Below, piece after piece: positions 17,201 to 24,563 of a stretch of 61,333 bases of DNA; within the stretch, counting starts at the first letter, position 1; every line of letters starts with the position of its first letter. This stretch comes from a virus (lineage: Duplodnaviria; Caudoviricetes): positions 1 to 61,333 of IMG/VR virus record IMGVR_UViG_3300005529_000039; one strand, written 5' to 3'. A model generated the notes under the pieces. It did no database searches. It was given only the letters and a program-made list of their open reading frames with translations, and had not been told where the DNA came from. The translations under genes were made by a program, and so were the position numbers.

Positions 17201-18762
17201 TGCCGAACGGTTACTACTGCGACTTTGAAATTCGCCGCAACTGGCTGTCCAAAAATCCGTTCGAGTCGATGAACTCGGGCGGCTTTATTCCCGGCGGAAC
17301 TGGACGCTACTTCCAGTACCTCGAGAAAAACAACATGGAGTTCAAGAACGTCTGCCAAGCGCTCATCCGCGGCAACGTCTTCCAGAACTCTTCAGGCGGC
17401 GCTGGCGAGCAGCAAGGGTTTCTCCTGGGCAATAATGAAACCCCAAACAACGGAAACGGCAAAGCATTCCATATTGGCGCGCAGTCGCACGACGTCACCT
17501 TCGTCAACAACATCTTCCGCCATGCTTTTGGGCTGGCTTACATTCCTACGCGCTCTCAGTTAGTTACGACCGACAGCCCGAGCTATGGAACCCATCACTA
17601 CATGTTCTTTGGCAACCTGATTTATGACATTGGCGATCCGACACGGTTCGGACGCAATTGCTGGACGGGTACAGCATGGGGCGGTGGGGTTGGAGCGCAA
17701 AGCGGATGTACGCATGAGGACATAATCCAGATCGCCAATCGCGGCCAGAGCTACAACTGCACTGGAACGCAAACCGCCGGGCTTGCCACCATGAGCTGCA
17801 CACCGGTCAGTCCCTCCTGCGTAGCCTCGCTTGAAGGCGGCGGTGGTCCGTGCGGAGTGGGTTTCCAGGTGGGCGACTGGGTCAACGTGACCGGATGCTC
17901 GGATGCCACATGGGATGTAAGTGCGCCGGCACAGGTGCCATCGCTTACCTCTGATCCGCTTTTAAGCAGCGGGACCTTTCAGTACACCGTGCCGCTCACT
18001 GCCGCCGCTTCAGTCACCGGATGCGTGGTCAATAACGCCAACGGCTGGGCGCGTAACATCACTTGGCAGCATAACTCGGCGTTTGTCGATTACACCAACA
18101 CCAATCCTTACTACAGCAGCGTTCCCTTTACCCGCTTCCGCGTCTTTGGCAACGACAACTCGAACAACATCGCCATGATTCGCGACTGGTGGATCAAGGA
18201 CAATGTGTTCTCGATTCAGACGCCACAGGTCACGAGCGGCAATCAAGGGTTCTTCTGGTGCGCACCAAATCAGACGGAAGAGACATCCGCTGAACAGACC
18301 TGCTGGGATCCGCTGACGCTAGTGTGGACGCATAACGTCGTCGCCGCGCCGGGTTTGCCTTACGAGACGCCGCAACTGTGGACCGAATACAACTCGCCCT
18401 TTGGCGTCGCTGGAGCGAACAACGGAGTAAGTCCACCGGTCACGAACCTGATGGGGCTTGCTTTCAATTGTCACCAGGCTTTCTCCACCGGATGCATGGG
18501 ACTTGCCGGAGACTACCTGTTAATCGGCTGCGGAACGCTTGGTTGCGGCAAGGCCAACAATGTTCCTGACTTCGCCTCTTCGGCGCGCGACTACCACATC
18601 TTTGCGCTGAATCCGTCGTCGTTTTTCGCAAGCGGTGGCGCCAATCATGCTTCCGACAACACCGATTTAGGGTCATCAATTACGCAGATCGATCAGGCGC
18701 TCGGCGAGCAGCAGTACACCTGCCCGACAACCTGCGGTATGTCAGGCGGACCTTATCCGTAA
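14284..18762 (+). CDS. Large exported protein with Ig-like domains (Big_2, putative Ig) and a beta-helix/depolymerase-like region
   Basis: Signal peptide. LQSIAVSP..FTATGTFNDGS..WTSSD, ITTSSLPSATVG..WAITSGTLPSGL, IVDNYIE..IRRNWL..IRGNVF. Confidence 0.85.
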   Translation: MRKQLLILGLLFAPVFALAQSACEVSVTGSAKLAGSSAKFCTTAVLLQSIAVSPQSQTVVQGNSGTFTATGTFNDGSQSDVTSLANWTSSDLTIATVGLANNPQPFGCVLTNSGTVTVTATVGAISGTATLNCVPAPTITTSSLPSATVGAPYNANLNASSGTLPYSWAITSGTLPSGLSLNSASPTATITGTPTVAGISVFTVTVTDAASHSGSKLFTINVASGATSQTPVLPQRWANARECYESSPGTPITFNNTFLLTSSWSCHGTSKGPYANSLAGLNSAIVDTEACRTSFNDSSHIMVPHGSLWSQNIGTLGYVNLKQTSGDNSSSCIWISSDNPLPDADPATGLPRDQMFGTYNIASSNGDVCSTSNGTTVCTVTFMNPAAVAPAVGDLASLWNTDDHNYTGQFTVCGPPTCSSPSTTGFQYIQPEDLMSWVVANFSTRTTKHLTGGSNPNYGFVDTDGQKFWEIKSATGNPWDLNLYDYRGIYHYITEDGDTVDQATCQANGFSSCFVDPNAYKRQTTPGGVQVMPRFFIPGSTITIDTPGPNTFIRTTNCELPGTTASVNLGPVHTVTSGPTMINWGGSIGLAPTIENDYEYTLSNGVYQNKEVFQYVKNHGLMSWTLYAWNGTTYVQQQQNTHTTESAGGAPLPNFPCFGQTPNWVGGQPGLGGNANLPLVPAIGSGTQNGVVMSLQRQDAIQQIAASGCGTTGAVCTLTIDFASNPNFAANDRFEIVDSVCSGCITLDPNAFNTTWYVASVTSNTNCATCRITVNTYTEAFGNTATASNGTALHFNHIIADQTANNLWTIQTTGGSGDIVFGDTNNFHNYFLSDAELRTASTNTAVTFVAVQLSPNGEAQTPVPAMSVANCNGTPGVTNCDNPSHVYLDHVYIHGYSFPTVARTASGIGIGVKLDCSYCGVTNSRISDVHQDGAESHGISGNSGAGPFKIVDNYIEGTAENIFFSYLPVVSGLPNGYYCDFEIRRNWLSKNPFESMNSGGFIPGGTGRYFQYLEKNNMEFKNVCQALIRGNVFQNSSGGAGEQQGFLLGNNETPNNGNGKAFHIGAQSHDVTFVNNIFRHAFGLAYIPTRSQLVTTDSPSYGTHHYMFFGNLIYDIGDPTRFGRNCWTGTAWGGGVGAQSGCTHEDIIQIANRGQSYNCTGTQTAGLATMSCTPVSPSCVASLEGGGGPCGVGFQVGDWVNVTGCSDATWDVSAPAQVPSLTSDPLLSSGTFQYTVPLTAAASVTGCVVNNANGWARNITWQHNSAFVDYTNTNPYYSSVPFTRFRVFGNDNSNNIAMIRDWWIKDNVFSIQTPQVTSGNQGFFWCAPNQTEETSAEQTCWDPLTLVWTHNVVAAPGLPYETPQLWTEYNSPFGVAGANNGVSPPVTNLMGLAFNCHQAFSTGCMGLAGDYLLIGCGTLGCGKANNVPDFASSARDYHIFALNPSSFFASGGANHASDNTDLGSSITQIDQALGEQQYTCPTTCGMSGGPYP

Positions 18763-18774
18763 AGGAAATTGCAA

Positions 18775-19257
18775 ATGAAAAAACTGACCAACATCTTTCC
18801 CCTAGTTCTGATTCCACTCGCGATCATTGGCGTGATTGCCGTGCGTTCGCAGCACGTCCACGCCCAGAGCGGCGTACCCGCGCAATATAGCTCGACCTAC
18901 ACCACTGGGCCAATCGCTAATTGTCCGGCACCGGCCGCAAATGCGGTGATTGAGTGCGCCGTCGATACCAGCGGATTGATGGAATCGATCAACGGGGCAC
19001 CTTATGTGGCCGTAAATCAAGTCGGACCGGCCGGCCCAGTAGGCGACAGCGGTCCGCAAGGTGCACCTGGGCCAGCGGGAGAGCAAGGGATTCAGGGTCC
19101 AACTGGTCCAGCCGGACCGCAGGGGCCGCAGGGAGTTCCCGGACCACGCGGAATTGCCGACGGTTCTGGGTTCACGCTGACGTGTTCGCCGAAAGCAAAA
19201 GAAACCGTTGCCACCGGATTCAGCACACCTTGCATTGTCTCGAATCTCCAGCCTTAG
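18775..19257 (+). CDS. Collagen-repeat protein with signal peptide
   Basis: [43 protein letters not shown]. Confidence 0.85.
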   Translation: MKKLTNIFPLVLIPLAIIGVIAVRSQHVHAQSGVPAQYSSTYTTGPIANCPAPAANAVIECAVDTSGLMESINGAPYVAVNQVGPAGPVGDSGPQGAPGPAGEQGIQGPTGPAGPQGPQGVPGPRGIADGSGFTLTCSPKAKETVATGFSTPCIVSNLQP

Positions 19258-19263
19258 TGCCGT

Positions 19264-19488
19264 ATGAAACTCGCAGTACTGTCGTTGATTCTTCTACTGG
19301 CTGGGTGCGCAGCCAAACGGCCAGTGGAGAATGACATCATGCGTGGACAGTTTGGCAAGGCAGTCTTCGATGATTGCCGGGTGAAGGTAAAGCTTGGGAA
19401 AGTGCACTGCGACTGCCAGGATTTCGATATGTCGGTCGACGCCAAAAGCGGCGTGACTCACTTCCGGTGCCAGAATGTCAGTCACTGA
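19264..19488 (+). CDS. Small lipoprotein
   Basis: Lipobox LAG-C. Confidence 0.7.
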   Translation: MKLAVLSLILLLAGCAAKRPVENDIMRGQFGKAVFDDCRVKVKLGKVHCDCQDFDMSVDAKSGVTHFRCQNVSH

Positions 19489-19684
19489 CTACGAAGTCAC
19501 GGCTTACCTCGACGGCTCGATAACCGGTGACGTGCACTGCCTGCAACTCATGAAGCAGGGCAAAGATGACGACATCGTTGCCCGCAAGTCGTTGTTCATT
19601 CGACTGGAGATGACTAAGACGGTTGCAGGCGAGGCCCACAAGCGTGAGCGACGAGAGAAAGAGTCCGCATACCGCACTCATTGA
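19475..19684 (+). CDS. Hypothetical protein
   Basis: Overlapping operon arrangement. Confidence 0.45.
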   Translation: MSVTDYEVTAYLDGSITGDVHCLQLMKQGKDDDIVARKSLFIRLEMTKTVAGEAHKRERREKESAYRTH

Positions 19685-19850
19685 AGCGCTCGAGCATGTC
19701 GAAGAAATGGACGACGTGCTGGTGCTATGGCAGACCAAAGAAGGTCAGACCAAGGCGATTCATAACGAAGTGACCTTAGCCGACGCCGTCTTCATGATGG
19801 AAGTATTCCGCTTTGTGTTGCTGAGCGTAGGCCTCGGCAGCAGTGAATGA
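19623..19850 (+). CDS. Hypothetical protein
   Basis: Protein-like. True start probably the internal GTG (SDERKS). Confidence 0.55.
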   Translation: MQARPTSVSDERKSPHTALIEALEHVEEMDDVLVLWQTKEGQTKAIHNEVTLADAVFMMEVFRFVLLSVGLGSSE

Positions 19851-19893
19851 CCAAGTTTCGATTCACCAATTCCAAACGAAAAAGAGGAGACCA

Positions 19894-20766
19894 ATGAAAA
19901 ACGCATTGATTACGATCGCGTGTGTCCTGGCGATGGTCTCGGCCTCCCTGGCCCAGACCAACGCCATCAAAAACCAGAATTCGCTGTACGGGAACTGGGT
20001 TGCCCACTCAACCGTGACCATCGCTTCCGGCACGGCAACCATTACGCCTGACTTCTGCTACTTCAATCCTACTGTCCCTCCGGCCGCTGGATCCAATACC
20101 GTTGGCGCGACCACTTCTGGGCATCAGTTTTTTCCCTTTGCGACCAACGTTCCGGTAACCATTGTTGACGGATCAAACACTGAAACCGTGACTCCGTCTT
20201 CTGTGGTTTCGCCGGCGGCCGCAATTGGCCCGGCGCTCGGGCCTTACGCCTGCTCGTTCACTGCTAGCTTCTCGAATGCCCATAATGCTGGCGTAGCCAT
20301 TGTTTCCGGTGATGGCGGAGTGGCAGAAGCGGCCAACGACAATGGCGCCGCTTATGACCTGGCCAACGGCGTGATCTTTTTGAACGGGCGCTGCACGGGC
20401 GTGGCCAACGCGGTCGCGGGAACTTATGGACTGGTGGGCGTGGACCCTACCGAGGCTACGATTGTTTGCAACTCCTCAGCGGCTTCGGTTCCTACCTTTC
20501 CAGGCACGGTAATACCGCGCGCTGGGCTCATAAAGGGACTCTCGGTAACCGCAACCGCAGCCGGAACCAACGCCTCGAGCGGAGCGGTTACAGTCAACAA
20601 GAACGGCAGCGCGACCTCAATCACCTGCACCGTCGGAACCGGAACCAGTTGCAGCGATTCAACTCACACGGTGGCCGTAGCTGCGGGCGACATCATCTCG
20701 ATTACCTACACCGACCAAACCTCGGACACGCTCGCCGGACTCAACGTAAGCGCACTCGTGTACTAA
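19894..20766 (+). CDS. Exported fibre/decoration-like protein
   Basis: GAGGAG RBS, MKNALITIACVLAMVSASLA-Q, C-terminal domain similar to that of 12575..14287. Confidence 0.8.
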   Translation: MKNALITIACVLAMVSASLAQTNAIKNQNSLYGNWVAHSTVTIASGTATITPDFCYFNPTVPPAAGSNTVGATTSGHQFFPFATNVPVTIVDGSNTETVTPSSVVSPAAAIGPALGPYACSFTASFSNAHNAGVAIVSGDGGVAEAANDNGAAYDLANGVIFLNGRCTGVANAVAGTYGLVGVDPTEATIVCNSSAASVPTFPGTVIPRAGLIKGLSVTATAAGTNASSGAVTVNKNGSATSITCTVGTGTSCSDSTHTVAVAAGDIISITYTDQTSDTLAGLNVSALVY

Positions 20767-20802
20767 AGCCAGGTTGCCCACTTACTCCATCTCCATTTTG
20801 GG

Positions 20803-21069
20803 ATGACTGGGATGATGACAACGATTGCGGTTGACGTGATGACTGGAAACTGGTCACAGACAATCGTTCTGGTGCTAGTCAACCTTCTCACTGCGGCGTT
20901 TATTTATGGTGGCGTAGTTCAGAAACAGAAAGAGCACGAGCGCCGCCTGAACGTGCACGACGACACCTTCGAGAAGGTGGATGAAGAACAGAATCGTCAG
21001 TGGCAAACCATTGGCCGGGTCAAAGAAGGGCTGGTCGCGCTTGGCGGCAAGCCTGTCAACGGGGATTAA
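20803..21069 (+). CDS. Single-TM plus coiled-coil membrane protein (holin/antiholin-like)
   Basis: One TM followed by a charged helix, start of the lysis cluster. Confidence 0.65.
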   Translation: MTGMMTTIAVDVMTGNWSQTIVLVLVNLLTAAFIYGGVVQKQKEHERRLNVHDDTFEKVDEEQNRQWQTIGRVKEGLVALGGKPVNGD

Positions 21070-21071
21070 GC

Positions 21072-21305
21072 ATGAGCGACCAAAACGCGATCAAGTGGGC
21101 ACACGGATTGGGAGCGGCCTTTATCGGCGGAGGCGCGTCGGCGGTTACGGCTGGCGTTTCGGTCTCCGCCATCAGCCCGCAAAGTTTCAATTTCTCCAAT
21201 CAGCTTGTGCCCACGCTCAAACTGATGGCGGTGCTGTTCGTATTCAACGGACTGATTTCGGCATTTGCGTACCTCAAGCAATCGCCACTTCCGTCGCAAC
21301 AATAA
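21072..21305 (+). CDS. Putative holin
   Basis: Two hydrophobic segments, ends AYLKQSPLP. Confidence 0.65.
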   Translation: MSDQNAIKWAHGLGAAFIGGGASAVTAGVSVSAISPQSFNFSNQLVPTLKLMAVLFVFNGLISAFAYLKQSPLPSQQ

Positions 21306-21339
21306 AACATTCCAAATACAACTCAAGGAGCTTTTTCTT

Positions 21340-21975
21340 ATGCGCAGCATGACAGTTCGCGTAGGCGCCGCAGTGTTGGCGCTCGGAATGATCGTAAGTA
21401 CAGTCGCTTGCTCGACTGGATGGGTGAACGAAGCCCTGCAGATCGTATCCGCCTTGACTCCAGCGGTGACTAACATCGTGCCGCTGATCGCCCTGGCAGA
21501 CAAGAACGTTCCCATGTCGGACGTGACCACCATTCAGAACTACTCCAATCAAGCCAGCACCGCACTGCAGACCGTCGGATCCCTGATTACCCAGTTCGAT
21601 CAGGCTCAATCGCTACAGGCGCAGCAAGATGTGTTGTCGAAGATTGAATCGGCGCTGGCCGTAGCTCAGCAGAACCTGAATGCCATCCTGCCGCAGTTGC
21701 ACATTGCAAATCCTCGTTCCCAGGCAGCGGTCGAGGCAGCGGTAGCTGCAGCTATCAGCGAGGTGGGAAGCATTGCGGCACTCTTGCCGGTGCTCAAGGC
21801 GGGAAAGACTGCGCAGGCGGTCGAACTGGCAAAGCCAATCAATGCCCGCACCTTCCGCTCCCGTTACAACCATGCCATTAAACCTGTACCGGGTTCGGAC
21901 AAATTGAAGCTGCACGGCCCATCTTTCCTGGGTTCGCTCGGCAACGCCCTTGGAGAAGCGTTCGTCTCGCGGTAA
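21340..21975 (+). CDS. Helical lipoprotein (spanin-like?)
   Basis: AAGGAG RBS, lipobox STVA-C, Ala/Gln-rich helices. Confidence 0.7.
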   Translation: MRSMTVRVGAAVLALGMIVSTVACSTGWVNEALQIVSALTPAVTNIVPLIALADKNVPMSDVTTIQNYSNQASTALQTVGSLITQFDQAQSLQAQQDVLSKIESALAVAQQNLNAILPQLHIANPRSQAAVEAAVAAAISEVGSIAALLPVLKAGKTAQAVELAKPINARTFRSRYNHAIKPVPGSDKLKLHGPSFLGSLGNALGEAFVSR

Positions 21976-22000
21976 GTCCATCTCGAAGGGAAATCTATAT

Positions 22001-22720
22001 ATGGCTATCCCAGTAATCGCGATCACCAATCAGTCGACGGTTCTGACCGACCAGCAGGTCAGTGACGTGCTGCCTGCTCTACAGAAGCAGGTGTCGCTCG
22101 ACTTCCGCGGTTACTGGGACATAGACGCCACCTTAGTTTTTCTGCACAAAGACTTGCCGCTTACCGCTGGCTGGTGGCAGATCGTCGTGCTCGATGATCC
22201 CGACCAGGCTGGCGCGCTCGGCTACCACGAACTGAGCTCACAAGGTACGCCATTGGGAAAGATATTCGCCAAGCTCGACCAGCAGGTAGGCGCGCAGTGG
22301 ACGGTCACGCTGTCGCACGAACTGCTTGAGATGCTGGGCGACTCTTGGATTGACACCTCCAAGCAGGCAGCCGACGGCCGCTTCTACGCGCTTGAGGTTT
22401 CAGACGCAGTTGAAGCCGACAGCCTTGGTTATCAGATCGACGGAGTGCTGGTTTCCGATTTCGTCACCCCACGCTGGTTTAACGATCAAGTGAATTGTGA
22501 CCGCTACAGCTTCAAGCAGCACGTGACGAAGCCGCTCGAGCTCGCCCCTGGCGGTTATATTTCCGTGTTTGGCGAGCAGGGCTGGACACAATTGAACGCT
22601 GAACCGCTGCTGGCTTCGCAGCGCACGATTACCGCCGCGTCGCAAGCCATCAAGGTTGGCAGCCGCCGGCATCGTCGCGAGATGGACCGCAGTCAAGGCT
22701 GGCGCAGGAGCGAACGCTAA
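22001..22720 (+). CDS. Zincin-like metallopeptidase
   Basis: GALGYH..SHELLEML..EVSDAVE..VSDFVTP.WF. Confidence 0.7.
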   Translation: MAIPVIAITNQSTVLTDQQVSDVLPALQKQVSLDFRGYWDIDATLVFLHKDLPLTAGWWQIVVLDDPDQAGALGYHELSSQGTPLGKIFAKLDQQVGAQWTVTLSHELLEMLGDSWIDTSKQAADGRFYALEVSDAVEADSLGYQIDGVLVSDFVTPRWFNDQVNCDRYSFKQHVTKPLELAPGGYISVFGEQGWTQLNAEPLLASQRTITAASQAIKVGSRRHRREMDRSQGWRRSER

Positions 22721-22854
22721 TGGACGTACGTGGAATTGAAGAGGCGGCTGGAGCGGTACTGCTGATTACATTCATCGTTGGTGGCATCGTCGCTGTCGGC
22801 CTGCTTGAAATCGGGGCCTTCGTCTCCCGCCACATCCACATTCTCTGGCGTTAG
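22720..22854 (+). CDS. 44 aa TM peptide
   Basis: MDVRGIEEAAGAVLLITFIVGGIVAVGLLEIGAFV, coupled to both neighbours. Confidence 0.5.
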   Translation: MDVRGIEEAAGAVLLITFIVGGIVAVGLLEIGAFVSRHIHILWR

Positions 22855-22858
22855 AAAC

Positions 22859-23380
22859 ATGGACACCGCTTCTGAAATCCGGCTTCAGTCGGTTTGCCCG
22901 GGACTGGCTGACAAGGTGCGCTTAGTTGACGCTGAGTTTCAGCGCGAGACCAATGGCGATCATCTTGAAATTGTGCAAGGTCTGCGCTCATGGAACCAGC
23001 AGCAAGCACTGTGGCTCAAAGGCCGCGATGCGAATGGCAACGTCATCGACCAAGGCGCAGTGGTAACCAACGCCCCGCCGGGACATTCCTGGCATGAGAT
23101 GGGTTTAGCCGTTGATTGCGTGCCCCGTTCCTTACTGCCCATCCCAGGATGGCGGCCAGGGTCTCCACTGTGGGCAACCATCGCACAGATCGCTCTAAGC
23201 TACGGGCTGGCAAGCGGCTCCTGCTGGATGCACAAAGACCTTCCTCACCTACAACTGACAGGAAGGTTTCCGGTTTCACCGGACGACGAAGTACGGCAAC
23301 TCTTCAAAGATGGTGGGATGGCAGCCGTGTGGCGAGATGCAGGAATTCTCGATGGCCAACGATCGACTGCACAAGGTTAG
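22859..23380 (+). CDS. Endolysin, M15 family L-Ala-D-Glu peptidase
   Basis: GLRS..QQ.LW.KGR..VTNAPPGHSWHEMGLAVD..DLPHLQ. Confidence 0.9.
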   Translation: MDTASEIRLQSVCPGLADKVRLVDAEFQRETNGDHLEIVQGLRSWNQQQALWLKGRDANGNVIDQGAVVTNAPPGHSWHEMGLAVDCVPRSLLPIPGWRPGSPLWATIAQIALSYGLASGSCWMHKDLPHLQLTGRFPVSPDDEVRQLFKDGGMAAVWRDAGILDGQRSTAQG

Positions 23381-23502
23381 CTGGCGAGCCGGGGAGATCA
23401 AACTCCACGGCAGTTCGGAAAAGTATCTGCTCGGCGTCACCGTCGAGTATCTGTTGGCCCACAAGCTAATCAAGATCGAACCAATCATCGAGGAGGCTGG
23501 CA

Positions 23503-23721
23503 ATGAGCGAGAAAGAACATCCGATGAAGCGAATCACCAGCCGGCCCAAGAAGTGGCTGCAAAGTGCAGCCGCTTCGATGAAGGCGCGGGGCACTGAAGG
23601 TTCACTCACCCGCATCGCCAAAGAACATGGCGAAAGCGCAATGGAATTTGCGCGCGAACACTATCACGATAGCGGCGCGGTGGGCAAGAAAGCCAGATTC
23701 GCGGTAAACGCCAACAAATGA
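23503..23721 (+). CDS. Small basic protein
   Basis: GAGGAGG RBS, EHPMKR motif. Confidence 0.7.
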   Translation: MSEKEHPMKRITSRPKKWLQSAAASMKARGTEGSLTRIAKEHGESAMEFAREHYHDSGAVGKKARFAVNANK

Positions 23722-23966
23722 GCGAATACACAAAGCATCCCATGCGCTCGGTATTTGGCCGGCCAGGCTCGAAAGCCGATACTCGCATGTCAGCCAGTGC
23801 GGCAGGCTACATGGAACTGGAAGGGGCAAAGAAAGACGCCGACTGCCACAAGGTGAAAGTATCGGGCGGCGTAAGCAGCGAACTTGGCTGCTGCAATGAA
23901 TTTTTCCCAGAATCCAAAACCGTCAAAGCCTTCCGTTGCGGAAACTGCAATTACGTCCGCCAATAG
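23718..23966 (+). CDS. Small Cys-containing protein
   Basis: ATGA overlap, KHPMRSVFGRP. Confidence 0.7.
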   Translation: MSEYTKHPMRSVFGRPGSKADTRMSASAAGYMELEGAKKDADCHKVKVSGGVSSELGCCNEFFPESKTVKAFRCGNCNYVRQ

Positions 23967-23969
23967 CCG

Positions 23970-24164
23970 ATGCCGTTTGACGAAGTTTTTCAAAAGTACA
24001 AGCGAGGAGAGTTGCACTCCGGTTCGACGTCGGGACCGAAGGTGACCTCGCGCCGTCAAGCCATTGCAATCTACCTGTCCGAAAAGAAAAAAGCCGCACA
24101 AGGCAACGAGGAATACCAGTCGCACGATGAACATCCGATGCGGCGCGTCTTTGGGCGACCGTAG
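23970..24164 (+). CDS. DUF6496-like small basic protein
   Basis: YKRGELHSGS.GPKVTSRRQAIAI.LSE. Confidence 0.8.
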   Translation: MPFDEVFQKYKRGELHSGSTSGPKVTSRRQAIAIYLSEKKKAAQGNEEYQSHDEHPMRRVFGRP

Positions 24165-24177
24165 AAGGAGATAGAGA

Positions 24178-24561
24178 ATGGCACAAACAATCGGACAACC
24201 CAAGCGAACGGTGGTAGCAATCAACGGCAATGCTGGCGCTTTTGTAACCATTTCAGCCAGCCGTTTTGCCCGCTATGTCGAGATTGCGGAATGCCCGCCG
24301 AACGGAGGCGCGTTTACCGGTGGCAACTATGCGCCCCAGGGGATTAACTACCAGATTCCAGACGACAACTTCCAAGCGCAATTTGCCCTGGTGCCCGGCG
24401 ACACCTTCGCGATAGGAGAAAAAGACTTCCCGCGCGATCGCGCCGTAGGCCAGCCGGGATGGACCGACCCCGACGGAAAAAATGTTCCGGCCACTGTCTA
24501 TTGCAAGATGAAATCCGCCACCGTAACTGCAACGGAAGTCGAGGTTCGCGAATGGAGCTAA
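24178..24561 (+). CDS. Putative virion structural protein
   Basis: AAGGAG RBS, beta-rich, no signal peptide. Confidence 0.7.
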   Translation: MAQTIGQPKRTVVAINGNAGAFVTISASRFARYVEIAECPPNGGAFTGGNYAPQGINYQIPDDNFQAQFALVPGDTFAIGEKDFPRDRAVGQPGWTDPDGKNVPATVYCKMKSATVTATEVEVREWS

Positions 24562-24563
24562 GG

